Position numbers and translations under genes: made by a program
In this document: positions 25,209 to 38,701 of the stretch, piece by piece
Numbering within the stretch: position 1 is the first letter of the stretch
Layout of the letters: each line of letters begins with the position of its first letter
Origin: Octopus sinensis
Taxonomy: Eukaryota
Length of the DNA stretch: 64,000 nucleotides
Reading direction: 5' to 3'
NCBI RefSeq assembly: GCF_006345805.1
Contig: NC_042998.1
Span: forward strand, 132,494,001 to 132,558,000
Notes under the pieces: generated by a model
What the model was told of the DNA's origin: nothing
Database searches by the model: none
What the model saw: only the letters and a program-made list of their open reading frames with translations

Positions 25209-27166
25209 TATATATATATATACACATATAATATATATTACACATATATAGTCCAACCCATGCAGCATGGAAAACGGACGCTAAACGATGATGATGATGA
25301 TGATATATATACACTATATATATATATACACATATATATATATATATATACACATATAATATATATATATATATATACACAACGAAAGACCGTTGCTAAT
25401 AACAATAATAAGGATTTCTTACATTGATGCCAGGATCACAGTAATTCCCAGTGTTTTATTATATTGAGTTGAGAAGGATTTGATGTCTAAAACTCCAACA
25501 GTTTTGCCACTGTATCACCTTTTATGATGATGATGATGATGGTGGTGGCTACGGTGATGATTTTTAAAACAACTCTTTGGCGTATGCGTCTATAATTAAG
25601 AGATCAACTTGAGAGAGGGAGAGAAATGATAAAAGAGGGCTGTATGTGTGTGAAAGAGAGAAAGAGAACTCTTAACCTGTTGTGAATGGGGCTAATCGAT
25701 TGATTTTAGAGAATTGGAGGAATTTTCTCAGTGTATGTCCTTTTCTAATTTTGTGAGAATACATATTGCAAGTGAGAGGTGGCAATTCTTTTGGTGATAT
25801 AGTGAAAACAAAGCATGGAACCATGCCTGTAATTTTATGCACTTGTGGTAGCAGCTACCTAGTCTTCTTAAAGCATGGATACAAGAAGGTGCATGCTTCC
25901 AGTGTCATGAATTAAATGGAAGGATGAGAAATAATCTTGGATGAGGCAGAACACCAGTCTGTTATTGAGTTGTATGTAATGAATCTCCAAGGCCAGAATG
26001 AGGTCTGTAGATGTCCTACAATGGTATATATTTAGGTGATGTCATCATTGATCTCAGGTGAAGGTTAGCAGTGTTGAGCTAGATTATTTTATTACTTAGA
26101 TACAAGAAAATGAAGTGCCAGCATTTTTTGATAAAGTTGTAATGTAACTTAAAATTTTTTTTTTTTTAAAGTTTTAACTTCATTGAAGATAGAAAAGGGT
26201 GGAAATCTTTTGGTACTACTCCTTCCTTGGTCTCCGCTGATTTTTGTTCATTGGTTTGGTCATCTTGGCTTATACACTCTTTCTCACCACTGTCATCATT
26301 TACATCATCATTCTTATCATTTTCAGAATATCAACATCAATATCATTGAATTAGTTCTATTGTTTCATCACCTACATTATTGCCGACAGGACAGAATGGA
26401 AGATGAGGAATGCCAGATCGCTGTCCTGCCAGGGTTTTATATAACTCTTAAATGCACCATATTTGATCTCCCTGTGGCAATGTTGCCTGCTTTCCACTCT
26501 ATCATACATACTGCTACCACACAGCTCGTCTCCATACCACCTCTGGAGTTTTCATGATACCTCAATTACTAGGATTTCCCTACCACAACTACCACCTTTG
26601 TGCACCATAATTGTCACCATCCCAACTATGCCCTTATTACTATAGTTTCACCACTACCAGCATCTCTACCTTACTGTTATTACCACTGGCACCACTACTC
26701 GACCACGACCACTGCAATCACTGCTCTCTAAGCTATCCGCACTGTAAGATCAACGAATTTGGCTTGTGAGCCAATAAAGAAATTTCTAGAAATAACAGCC
26801 AAAGAATCCTTCCAGTCAGAACCTCCCAACTTAGACTGTCTCATTAGGAGGTGACATGGTCACAGATAAAATATTTTCCAAAGATATTACTCAATCAATG
26901 TTGGTCTAGGGCTAGACAGTGACACGAGCAAGAGCAGCATCATATTGCATATCCACCAGTGCCATGTGGCAGAGTTACCATTGATAGTTCCAGAAAGTCT
27001 GGTAGTACTGATGATTATTGATCAGTTTCATAGCCAATTTTAGTAATTCCAAAATGTTTTCAGTCTCTCTGAACGTATGCGTTATTGGGATGTGTGCTTG
27101 TAAGTGTATGGGAAAGACAGACAGAGGGTGCAGTCACGCTTAAGGGAGATGTGTGTGTGTGTGTAT

Positions 27167-27213
<47 letters not shown>

Positions 27214-27299
27214 CATTAAATACTACTAAAACGTACACGTACAGATACAGAAGGACCTTAATTCTTCATTAGTTATCGACCAAAATACTAATACTCAGT

Positions 27300-27389
27300 T
27301 TCCTATGTGTACGGTTTGTAGTATTTGATGCATTTTTCATTTATTGAGTAACTGAACGCCACGCATCCCGACTGTTAACAGTAAGCTTT

Positions 27390-27445
<56 letters not shown>

Positions 27446-28520
27446 GGAGAGAGAGAGAGTCAACGACTATTGAAAAGGTTGCAATGCGCAACGAAAATTT
27501 TAGGGGAAAATGAGTGGGAATCGAACCGGTGAGTGTTCACTAAAAAAGAATGACATCTTAGACACAATAATATATAATAATAATAATAATAATTTGGTGG
27601 GATTCTTCACTATGGGTGTGTGTGTGTGCGTGCTTCCCCTGTTCGTTCCGTCTGACCTAACCCATACCAGTATGGAAAACGGATGTTAAATGATGATCAT
27701 ATCACACACACACATGCACACACGTATAGGTAAAATTCTGTAAAGCGCATGAGTTGTTCTACGCCGGTAAATACGAGTAACTGAGACTGTAGAAGGAAGT
27801 CTATGATTTTCTTATTTTTGAAGGAAAGAAGGCGAAATGCGAGGGGCTTTTTTTTTTTTTTTTTTGTGTAGCAGAAATCTTGGTCGGAGGGCAGTATCAA
27901 ACTGTTGTTGGACAGGAATTTACTGAGACGAAGAGGAGAGACAGGAAACGGTCAGAGAGAGAGAAGCTGGTTGCAGATTTGAAAAGCAATTGAAATAGTG
28001 GGTGAGGAGGAAACACTATACGGACATTCGCACCCGCGCGTACACACACACACGCGCGCGGTGCGTGTGTGTTGCGGTAAAGGAGGGAGGGAGAAAGAGA
28101 GAAAGAGAACTAATTTCTCCGTGCACATGCACCGTATATAGACGTATGTGTAAACAGAAGCGAGTTTCGCTTATCATTCTCTTATATTTGCATGTGTATA
28201 ACCAAAATCGCGCGCGCACCCTCACATCTTCATCTGTGTGTATTAAATAAATACGGCTTATATTAAAATAAACACACTCCCAGTAATGTAGAGAGCTTGG
28301 TGGGGCGAACCGCAGAGATTGGTAGTAGTAGTAGTAGTAGTAAAAGGAAGAGACTCCTTTCCGTCAATGGAAATTCTGGGTAAAGTCTGATGATCCAAGG
28401 GAAGCAACTAACAAATGAAGAATTTCCCCTCCCCCCATTTTTCAGGTGTTCTTTGAGGAAATTCTTGCTCTCTGTATCGGTGTTTATTGAAGCACTGTTT
28501 CGTATATATGTATATATATA
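27300..28520. promoter_or_regulatory. CpG-retaining, promoter-like unique region
   Basis: Many CpG/CGCG runs (cacccgcgcg, cacgcgcgcgg, atcgcgcgcg) compared with CpG-poor flanks; Inr-like TCAGT motifs on the - strand at about 27780 and 27925. Confidence 0.35.
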
Positions 28521-28789
28521 TTTATATATGTGTATATATATCGTTTCTTTTTCCATTCGTTTCATCTGTTGGGCTGTGGCTATGCTGGGGCACCGCCTCG
28601 TAAGGTTTTAACCGAACGAATCGCTGTCAATACTTTCTAACACACACACACACACAAAGAAGCCTTGTATTTATATGGTTTTTCGTTCTCTTTCCCCCGA
28701 GACTGCTAATTTACGGGAACTTAAACCAACATCGGTTGTGGGGAAAACATGCATGTGTATGTATCTCCACACTTTTGTCGTGGAGACCA

Positions 28790-28807
28790 CCTTATCTATC
28801 GTCTATC

Positions 28808-28842
<35 letters not shown>

Positions 28843-28961
28843 GTCTGCCTCTCTATCTGTCTATCTATCTATCTATCTATCATCTATCTATCTATCTGTC
28901 TGCCTCTCTATCTGTCTATCTATCTATCTATCTATCATCTATCTATCTATCTCTCTATCTG

Positions 28962-29024
<63 letters not shown>

Positions 29025-29102
29025 GTCTGTCTGTCTGTCTGTCTGCCTCTCTGTCTGTCTATCTATCTATCTATCTATCTGTCTGTCTCTCTATCTATCT
29101 AT
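28790..29102. repeat. (CTAT)n/(CTGT)n tetranucleotide array
   Basis: Explains the YLSI-repeat pseudo-ORFs at 28675-29160. Confidence 0.97.
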
Positions 29103-29216
29103 CACATTACAAATTTTTCTGAATCTTCAGATTTTTCAATATGCTAGACCACTGGTTTAAATTGATATTAATCAAATAAATATTCAATTTTTCACCCTTA
29201 TTATTTTAATTTGAAT

Positions 29217-29276
<60 letters not shown>

Positions 29277-29319
29277 GTGTGTGTGGTTATCAATTTGTGT
29301 TGCAAGATTCCTAATGTGA

Positions 29320-29890
29320 AATAATAATAATAATAATAATTGTGTACAGTGCTCAGGTGCACTACAACTCATCTAAAGTGTATATATAATCCGGTGTAGT
29401 TTCGGCGGATTTCGGAAAGCATGACGGCCTTAAAAGATGCAGTGTCATGGCAGTCAACAACTGACGCAGGCAGTTTATTCCATGCTTCAGCAACTCTGAG
29501 CGTGAAAAAATGTTTCCGAAAGTCATGAGAGCTGTATTGTTTTCTGACTTTGTAGGCATGTCCACGTGTGTTAGACACATGGAGATCAAAAAGGTGTTCA
29601 GTGTTGTTGTTGGTGAGGTGGTTGATAACTTGTGGGTGTTTACCAAGTCCCGTCGCCAGACGCCCGAGCTTCAGTGAATCCATGCCCAGGGAAACAAGGC
29701 GCTCAGAATATGGTAGGTGTCTGATGGAGGGTATGCGTTTGGTTGCACGTCTCTGGACAGATTCCAGGAGGTCAATGTTCTGTGCAAGATAGGGGTTCCA
29801 AACTGATGATGCAAATTCCAAGTGTGGTCGTACCATAGCTGTATACAGTTTTAAATAGATGGCTGGAGAGCGGCTAACAAAAGAAATCGT
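29320..29890 (-). mobile_element. 5'-truncated CR1/L2-clade LINE (C-terminus of ORF2 after the RT core, 3' UTR and (ATT)n tail)
   Basis: LYTAMVRPHLEFASSVWNPY...LESVQRRATKRI...YSERL...TRGHAYKV...RKHFFTLRVAEAWNKLPASVV matches CR1-type ORF2 ends; GLGKHPQV reads as DLVNTHK in the adjacent frame (compensating indels); (aat)n at 29324-29340. Confidence 0.92.
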
Positions 29891-29984
29891 GTGTTGAAAC
29901 CGATATTGTTGTATTTCGGCAAAAAACACGACTAACCCGAAATATAACAATATTGTGAGTGGATTTCATTAGAAGGAAACGTGC

Positions 29985-30105
29985 TTCAGTTTCCTTATAC
30001 CGAAATCCACTCACAAGGCTTTCGGTCGGCTCGTGGCTTACAGTGGGACTGAACCCCTGAACCGTGTAGTTGGGAAGCAAGCCTCTCACCAGGCAGTAAC
30101 GCATG
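29985..30105 (-). mobile_element. Family B SINE head, internally deleted
   Basis: gaaatccactcacaaggctttcggtcggc...cagtgggactgaaccc...gggaagcaagc. Confidence 0.75.
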
Positions 30106-30145
30106 CGCCTATTCTTTTCATTCCTCTTGTTAGCATTTCGTAATA

Positions 30146-30277
30146 TTAGGTTGTCCCAAAAGTTCGTAAACACTTGCGAAAATTGAATTTTTACTCGCCA
30201 ACTACTAACAAAAACAACCCCTCAAAATAAAGACCATTATTTTCCAAGACTTTCTACGAACTTTTGGGACAACCTCA
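30146..30277. mobile_element. Tc1/mariner-type MITE, 132 bp
   Basis: TA|ttaggttgtcccaaaagttcgta...tacgaacttttgggacaacctca|TA; 21-bp perfect TIR core resembling mariner TIRs (ttaggttggtgcaaaagt). Confidence 0.85.
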
Positions 30278-30665
30278 TAATGTTTATTACGTTGTAAGTT
30301 GAGGTTCAAACTGTTACCACTCCACTAGAGATGAAATGGGTGGTAGCGAAAAGTAACAAGGACGAAAAGGTTCTGTGCTTCTTTTCAAAGTTTTTGACCT
30401 GGCAACATTAGGAAAAAAATCATTATGTTGATTTATATTGAAATGTTGGATGACAGAATACCTTGTGGTATCTAGTTACTGCCGTTTACATTCGGTGTTC
30501 AAATTCCACCGATGTCTCTACTCTGCTCTTTTACTATCAGTGTCGATATAATAGAAATACTAGTCGCATGTGTAAATATCAGTAGGCTACATTAATCGTA
30601 CGTATTTTTCTAGCTATAAAACACGTTATATATATATATATACTATATAGATATCTATATATATA

Positions 30666-30736
<71 letters not shown>

Positions 30737-31041
30737 TTCTCGGAACGATGGAATTTGAAACGTGTATGAACCTATAAATGATAGCATGTAGAGCTAAAAA
30801 AAAAAACATTGTAGGGAAAGTCGAACACTGCCCATGTGTCTATGTGTATAATACACATAGACACACTTACACAAAGTCTAAAACCCCATTGGAGTATATG
30901 AGGTTCTGATGAACCTGTCTGCAGGTTGTTACTCTGGCACTCAACTATGAGTCAACTGCATCTCACAGCAGAAACAGCCGTAACCTAATGAAGTTCATAA
31001 GATAATCATTTTTCCCTTTATCATCTCCTTATATATATATA

Positions 31042-31084
<43 letters not shown>

Positions 31085-32158
31085 TATATATAATATATAT
31101 ATATATTCGTGAGGGGCTGGGGCGTGTGTATTCCAAGTTTTCAGAAGAACAGCGGGTATAACAAAAACTAATTTTTTAAAGATTTGTTGAGATTTTCAGT
31201 AGAAAGAAACGTATTAAAAAATCAAATTTCTTTTTGTTCAGGCATGACATTCTGTCAAATTCAAAATAAAGTTATTGTATTAAAGAATAGAGAAATAGTC
31301 GAGCATAACTTACACACCGGGTAAACTTAAGATACATTACGAGTGCTGTTAGCATGAAAAGTTGATAAACTTTATACTAAACATAGTGGGGGTCTTTCCG
31401 TTGTAGAGTTTTTTCTGTCTTTTTTAATGTTTCATGTTAGATGATTTACTCCTGCATTGAACTACAATTAATTCTAATTGCCTCTTAAAAAAAAGGGTTT
31501 CCTTAAATGGGGCGGGGGGGGGGACCTTCTGCTAATATTGTTGGTCTTTATCTGCCCTGAGCAATCAGATCCAACGTTTTCTGGGGGGCTACATTACCGC
31601 AGTGCTCTTTCTTTTCTCTAAGATTATAAAGTGATTTGGTTATTATTTCTAGCAAGTCAAGTGGCCGCACACAGCCTCTTTCAACAAATATTAAACATAT
31701 GTGTGTATATACACATGAATTGTTGTTGGTGGTGATGGTATTGCTGCTACTACTACTACTACTACTATAGCTGACCTTGGAACTAAGCAGTTTTTAATAA
31801 AATGGAACACAGTTTACAAGTATTACAACTACATATATAAACAGAAGCGTAAGATACATCTGTGTGTGGTGGTCATTTACACCACGCTGGGCACGTACAC
31901 ACACACACACACACACAGTGAGTGTATGTGTACTCAAAATACGTACATGTATTTGAGCATGTGTGTAATGTGTCGGCGTGTATATATATTTGTATACACG
32001 CACGCATTGTATGTACCTATATGTATATGTGTGTAGTAATGCTTAAATTGTATATAACTGTTTATATATATTTATTATCTATCTCTCTCTCTCTATATAT
32101 ATATAATAGTGTGATTGTAGATTTGTGTGTATGCCTGTATTCGCCTACACACACACAT

Positions 32159-32202
<44 letters not shown>

Positions 32203-32534
32203 ATATATATATATGAGAGAGAGAGATTATGACATGTCACTGGGCTGCATGCCTACAAACAATGTTTTGTGAAAACGGTGTTCTTTGTTTATTCATATCA
32301 CAGTGTCATGTTACACTGTGGAATGCTATTTGGAACATCATCACCCCTCAATCTCCACCCGCCAACCCCCACCCCTACCTCTCTTCTGAAGTGGTGATGG
32401 TGGATGTGGAAGAGGAGGAGGAGGAGGAGGGAGATGTCCCATCCGCCCACCCGCTTACCTACGTACCTACCTACCTACTCTCTCAAGCACACACCGGTTC
32501 TCTTTATTCATTTATCTCTTTTGAAACTCTCTCC

Positions 32535-32570
<36 letters not shown>

Positions 32571-33199
32571 CTTCTAGAGATATGTGTTTAATGGCCTACA
32601 AATAACCCCCACCACCATCACACACACTCTCTCTCCTCTCTCTCTCTCACACACACACATATCTATGACTACATAAATATTAGGTTAAATTAAGAACATC
32701 TATACTATGTGTGTATGTGTTTGAAATAATCTGCTAAAGTGCTGTATACATGTCTTTATGCATTTATCTAGGACTGTGCTATGTGTGTACAGTACATGTA
32801 TATATGTATGTCACACACACACACACACACGTATACACACATTCAAAAATATCATGCGATATTCTTATATTGGCCTCAATATATATATTGACTTACAAAG
32901 TTTTATTATAAGGTTGTTTGCATTGTAAGCTGGGTATCTCCTTAGTCTTGTGTGTTTTGATTTGTTTGTTTTTCCTCCAATATTGGTTCTTTATTTATTC
33001 CTCATATGCATGCATGTACGTTGGTGTGTGTGTGTGTGTGTTCATAAGTGGCATGCATGTATGTATGTATGACTTTTTGATCATACATACGCAAGTCTTA
33101 GATGAGTGTAAGAGAATGTTTGATGAAGACCTGTAACGATATATCTATACATAGATATATATATATTTATGCACATATATAGATGTATATGTATGCATA

Positions 33200-33249
<50 letters not shown>

Positions 33250-33268
33250 ATATATATATATATATATA

Positions 33269-33322
33269 GTCCAACCCATGCTAGCATGGAAAGCGGACGT
33301 TAAATGACGATGATGACGACGA
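33269..33322 (+). mobile_element. Family C 3'-terminal fragment abutting (TA)n
   Basis: gtccaacccatgctagcatggaaagcggacgttaaatgacgatgatg. Confidence 0.75.
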
Positions 33323-35629
33323 TATGTGTGTGTGTGTGTGTATATATATATGTGTGTGTGTTTATATATATATGTGTGTGTATATATGTGTGTATGTGTA
33401 TATATATGTATATATACATATACACACACATATACAGACATACATCTATATATATATGTGTGTGTTTAATGATGAGAATGAGTGCTAGTTGGTGGCTAGT
33501 TTATTTGTGTATTAAAGCTGCCATTGGTTTCATGTTATGGAAAATATCTTAATATCATAACAATTTTTCAAGCCAGTCACATGGTGTGTATGTTCTGGGT
33601 GTTATGAATGAGCTTTGCACACCATTTGAAACCTGCTAAACTTCTTTTGTAATAACTCCCTTATTGCACTGTTATTGCAGTATAATTGTATATAGTAATA
33701 GCCCACAGGTTGTATGTTTATACTGATGCTACAACAGTAGGTTCAGTACATAAGCATATCCTGTAACATGAATCCACACACACACACACACACGTGCAGA
33801 AAGGGACAGAGGTTTGTTGGGCATTTAGTTGTGATCATCTTGTCTTTTTATGTATCAATATCTCCAGTGGTTATTTCAGATTGTAGTTTTGTGATTTGTC
33901 CGTTATCTGTTACATGTGAAGCAGCCTTGTGTAGACAGTCTACCGTTGTCATTGACTTTTGAGATAATCTTTTACTCTTTTGCTAGTTTTAGTTCTTCGG
34001 CAACATTGGCTGAATGAAAATACCTCAAGATGCTGTTGCATAGTCTATTCAAATATGATAGGTTCTCACATATGTAATGTAGTGAATGGAAAAACTTTCA
34101 CTCAACTCATTTTACATTGATTTAATAGTAGACTTGGTAGACAAAAACTACTTCTGCAAAAGCAAGGAAGATAACTCTTGTAAGATCAATTGATTGAAAT
34201 TTTTGGTTAGTGTCCACAGTAAAGAGGATCAGGTCTTTCAAACCATTTGGTTAATGCAACAGATGTATTTTAGTCTTATTAAAAGCATGCAAGATTATAA
34301 GCAATGTATGTGGAAATAGAAGTAATGTGATACTGATTAGAATATTAACAATATGGCTTCCCCGGGAGAGCCTTCTGTAGACTAAATGCAAAGACAATAA
34401 GGTCTCTTATATATAGTGATTATAGTGATTATCTAAGCAATTAGTAAATTAAAAACATCTTCTTGGAGTGTTTGAAATTTATTTATCAAGCCATCAGCTT
34501 AGACCAATGTAACACACATCTACCAAATCCAGCCTGTTAGGTATTAGTCAGTCTAATGCTGTGGCATTTGCCCAAAATGCTGTGTTGTGGAACTGAGTCT
34601 GGAATCTTATGGTTTGTTGCAAAGCAGACATTTTAACCAAACCTTAAAAACAAGACGGTTACATTGAATAATGTAGTTGAAGAAACACTTTGTTTAAACA
34701 GAAGATGAGACTTTGATTACATAGAAGTTTGTTTGATCAGATTGGACCAGTGTGAAAAAACCAGCAGCAAAATTTATTTCCATCTGCCAATTTACCTACA
34801 CCTCAACCACCATATACCCTCGGCTGCTACTACTATCGTTACCAGACCGCATTTTTGGAAAACCTTAATTCTGTGCAATCATTTAATAATGCTGTTTTTA
34901 CTTCTTGCTTATTTTGATTACGAGAAATATCAGATAAATAATTAAAAGCATTAAGCTCATAGGGGAGGGTTGGGTAAATAAATGTTGTTTCTGCTTTTAA
35001 TTTTTTTTTTTAATCTTTTTTTTTTGTGTAATTATGTTGATGATGATTTAATTAGTGTGTTTTGTTAGTGATGCAACATTGTCTATGCAGAGCAAATTAA
35101 CAACTCTAAAAAAAAAAAACCAAAAGACAAACATGAGGATGGCGTTGTGTGATAAGACAAACCGCTCTTGAAATGTTTTCATGTATTTTCAATGTTATTG
35201 ATGTTGTTTATAATAAGTATCGTTTTTTAGTTAAATAAACATTATTTTGGATGATTATTTTATTTACCTTTTTTTTCTAGTTTTATGTAATTTTTGTTGT
35301 TTGAGTTCCATCCCCACTTCCCTTGTTTCACTAATGCATAGTCTGCAAAAAATTTTATTATGAGTTGTTATTATTAGTAATGCATTATACAAAACACTAG
35401 TTAGTATTTAGATCAAATACATTTCGTTGTAGCATTTATCTCTTAGTCCTCTAGGGGTCAATGGCCTAAGCAGCTTGACCCTTTGGGGTAGATAGCTTTA
35501 TTACCATTATGAATCTGGTATTCAATTCAGCATTATACTTATAAATTGGTCTGGTACTTGGACCAAGAATCTCATCATTATTGCTGGTTTTTGATAACCA
35601 TTGTAGCAGATGGAAGAATTCACAGAATG

Positions 35630-36010
35630 GTGATGGGACAAAATGTCTCTTGGTATTTAGTTTGGTCTTAGTATGTTCTGCTGAAGTTGTTTTCCTTTCA
35701 TTTCACCCTAGGTTTATAAAATGAACACCAGTATAAAGTACCGTGACAGAGAGAGCATCCAGCTAGATTAATTTTTCTAAAATGCTATTTATGAGTAAAA
35801 TGTGGTCCTTAAACCTGTCTAGTGGGGTGAACCTGTCTAAGATGGATGAAAATGTCTTTTAGTATTTAGTTTGGTCTCGGTGTGTTCCCAGAGTGATAAA
35901 ATAAAACATCAGTATTGAGAATAGTGACAGAGAGAGCATTTAGCTAGAGAAACTCTTCTAAAATGCTGTGTGTATGAGCAAAATGTGGTCGTTAGACCTG
36001 TCTAAGAAGG
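35630..36010 (+). repeat. Two diverged tandem copies of a unit of about 170-200 bp
   Basis: aaatgtct..ttggtatttagtttggtct...gtgacagagagagcat..agctaga...ctaaaatgct...gagtaaaatgtggtc..ta(a/g)acctgtcta occurs twice. Confidence 0.75.
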
Positions 36011-36117
36011 CAGTGACTATAAAGAAGAAAAAAAAAACAGTATTGGATTGAGACAACTTGGTCAGCCTATACCAGCATAGAAAATGGATATGATATAATG
36101 ATAATGATGATCTATTA

Positions 36118-36149
<32 letters not shown>

Positions 36150-36495
36150 GCGTGCACACATTCATATTCCTGCAATTGGATTTGTGTATCAAGTATGAAA
36201 TAAAAAAATAAAGAACACATTTAACTGTATAAAGAGCATGAAAATAAGCTTTTTAAGCATGCTTACATAAACATACATGCTTAGACATCTTCACAGGACA
36301 TATCCTAATTCATCTAAATGTTTAGACATTTTTCATCAAGTGTGGTCAGAGAATTATCTTAAGTTTAGAGGTATGATGAAAGTTGGTATTACAGAAATAT
36401 AACAAGAAAGGGAGAATTCAAATGGTACAATATGTGTGCCAGTATATGTGTATAATATGAGTGTGTGTGCACATTTATACTTATACGTGTGTGTG

Positions 36496-36556
<61 letters not shown>

Positions 36557-36617
36557 GTATATATATATGTGTATATATATATGTGTATATATATATATGT
36601 GTATATATATATATGTG

Positions 36618-36664
<47 letters not shown>

Positions 36665-37344
36665 GTTATATATATATGTGTGTGTATATATATATATAAC
36701 TGTCCTTGGTTAAGTATCTAAGATGGTTTAATGAGTGGTAATTAGTTTGTTTATTAAGAGTTGCAATTTTGTTCCATTACAGAGTTGTTAACTTAGTGGT
36801 ATAATAATAATAAGCTGGTAATTTACCCTAATTTCTCTCTCTTCTGCCTGCCACTCCACTCTGCTTTTTCTCACACTACTCTACTCATCATCATCATTAT
36901 TGATGTTAACATCCTATTTATCAAAATGTCAGCATATAATATTGTGTATGAATAGGCAGTTGTTTTATATAGGCTTTAGTTTGTGTATGCCTGCAAACAC
37001 AGAATCGTATATGCTGAGCTGATCAGTCATCTTGATGTTGATTGAGCAACTTGCACATGACAGGGAGACTCTAAGCAGATTAGCCACTGTTTCCAAATAA
37101 CTTAACTCTGTCATGTGTATTGAGCACACTATGTATTTTACTATCCAAAAACATGTGTGTTTGTGTATATCTCTTTTTCTTTTCTTCCCATGTGTGTGTA
37201 AAAGTTTACATGAACAGTGTTCAGTATAGATAAATGTTTTTAATTTTTCTGTTTTGAAAAGCTGAAACCATGCAAATTATAAGAAATGAATCAATGATTT
37301 GTCCTTTTATTTGCCATTTCATTTTGATATTTGAAATAACTTTA

Positions 37345-37386
37345 TTAACCTGTACTCCTTTTTTTCCTTGTTCTTTCAGGTAAGTC
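37345..37386 (+). other. Recursive-splice-type site (3'SS directly fused to a 5'SS)
   Basis: ttattaacctgtactcctttttttccttgttctttCAG|GTAAGT; junction at 37379/37380; branch-like tattaac upstream. Confidence 0.5.
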
Positions 37387-37589
37387 AATTGCTGTGATTC
37401 TCTGTTGGACATGTGGGTCCCTGGATGTATGTATGTAACATTCTGTTCAATACCGTTTCATGTCATTATTCATTTATTTATTTATTTATTTAATTGTATA
37501 CTGTTTGGAATTTGAAATAGTGAATTTGAAATGCATTTTTTTTTTTTTAGTTTCTTTAAATTTTAACTACTAGCATGCATTAGACTTAC

Positions 37590-37711
37590 CAATAGATATA
37601 TCACAAGATGGAACTGTGAGTACACGGTTACACGGAAACAGCACGACACTGATGTGGACTTGAGAGAGAGAATGGAAAGAGATTTGAACTTCTGTCGTGT
37701 TGGATGTCTCA
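37590..37711 (-). other. Exon-like unique element (strand uncertain)
   Basis: - strand: aaaattacag|...ctattg|GTAAGT with TGCATG about 10 nt into the intron; + strand has an open frame YITRWNCEYTVTRKQHDTDVDLRERMERDLNFCR. Confidence 0.25.
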
Positions 37712-38686
37712 CTGTAATTTTATAGTTACCAATACTACATTTCCCTCTAGTAGGATACATCCTTGTAAGAAAATAGTCTTATTACATGGTCCCTAACTAC
37801 ATAGATCTCTTTATATGGCCATCACTTTTGCAAACCCATTGAGGTTGGTGATGTAAGCTAGAGTCAGCAGACAGGAAAAGGTTGGTGTTAAAGGAGTTCC
37901 AGCAAGTTTCAATTCCCCAGAGGAAGTGTTTTGTGCAGGATGGGTGGCACCCTCAGCAAAATCCACCCTTCATTTTAAGACTTCATAATCACACTAACGT
38001 TCCCCTGACAGATCATATTAACCCTAGCAGATGCACAATAAGTGCGTCTGTGACCTGTATATTTTCTCAATGTAAACATTTCAGTTACTAAATTTCTTTT
38101 CATTTGTTTTTTTTTTAAATTTCATTTCATTTTTAATACCAGCTGCAGGCATTTTATACTAACATGGGTCATGTTTTAATTAAAATCTTGATATTACAAG
38201 AAAGATTTTGTGAGATTTTTTTTAATCAACACTATAATCCTTGCTTTATCTGGCCCCATTATTCTGCCTGTTTTATGTTTAAATTGACCGAATCTGGCCT
38301 CTCACACCTATCTTACAATGTCATTCTAAAAATAAACAATTATGTCATTGAAATCTTGATGCTACAAGATAATGCATGATTAATTCAAAGCAATGTGAAA
38401 ATAAAAGCATTCATCATCATCATCATCATCATCGAACATCTATTCTCTATGCTGGTATGCTTGGATGGTCTGATCAGAGCTAGTTAGCAAGAGGGCTGCA
38501 CCAGGTTCCACTTTGATTTGACTTGGTTTCTACAGCTGGATGCCCTTCAACAAAATAATCTGAAAGGTTAAATATTAATTGTTCAAAGCAGCCATTTCCA
38601 TTTTTTTTTTTTTTTTTTTTTTTGTTACACCTGTTTCATTTCTTCACCATGTTTTTCTCCATTATTCGTCATCTAGTCATTTCCAG

Positions 38687-38701
38687 CCCTACTCCATTTC
38701 G
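38687..38701 (+). CDS. Candidate 15-nt microexon
   Basis: About 84-nt AG-free T-rich tract, then tctagtcatttccag|ccctactccatttcg|gtgaca; weak donor; phase-2 reading PTPF(R). Confidence 0.2.

Noticed and set aside
28675-29160. YLSI-repeat ORFs resembling leucine-rich or membrane repeats
   Set aside because: Pure (CTAT)n array
35445-35490. Hairpin considered as a pre-miRNA (also 4931-4970 and 32300-32325)
   Set aside because: Stems are only about 8-14 bp; I recognised no conserved bilaterian or mollusc miRNA mature sequence anywhere in the window
37270-37379. Signal-peptide-like ORF MQIIRNESMICPFICHFILIFEITLL...
   Set aside because: Hydrophobicity is explained by the polypyrimidine tract; kept only as an alternative to the recursive-site model
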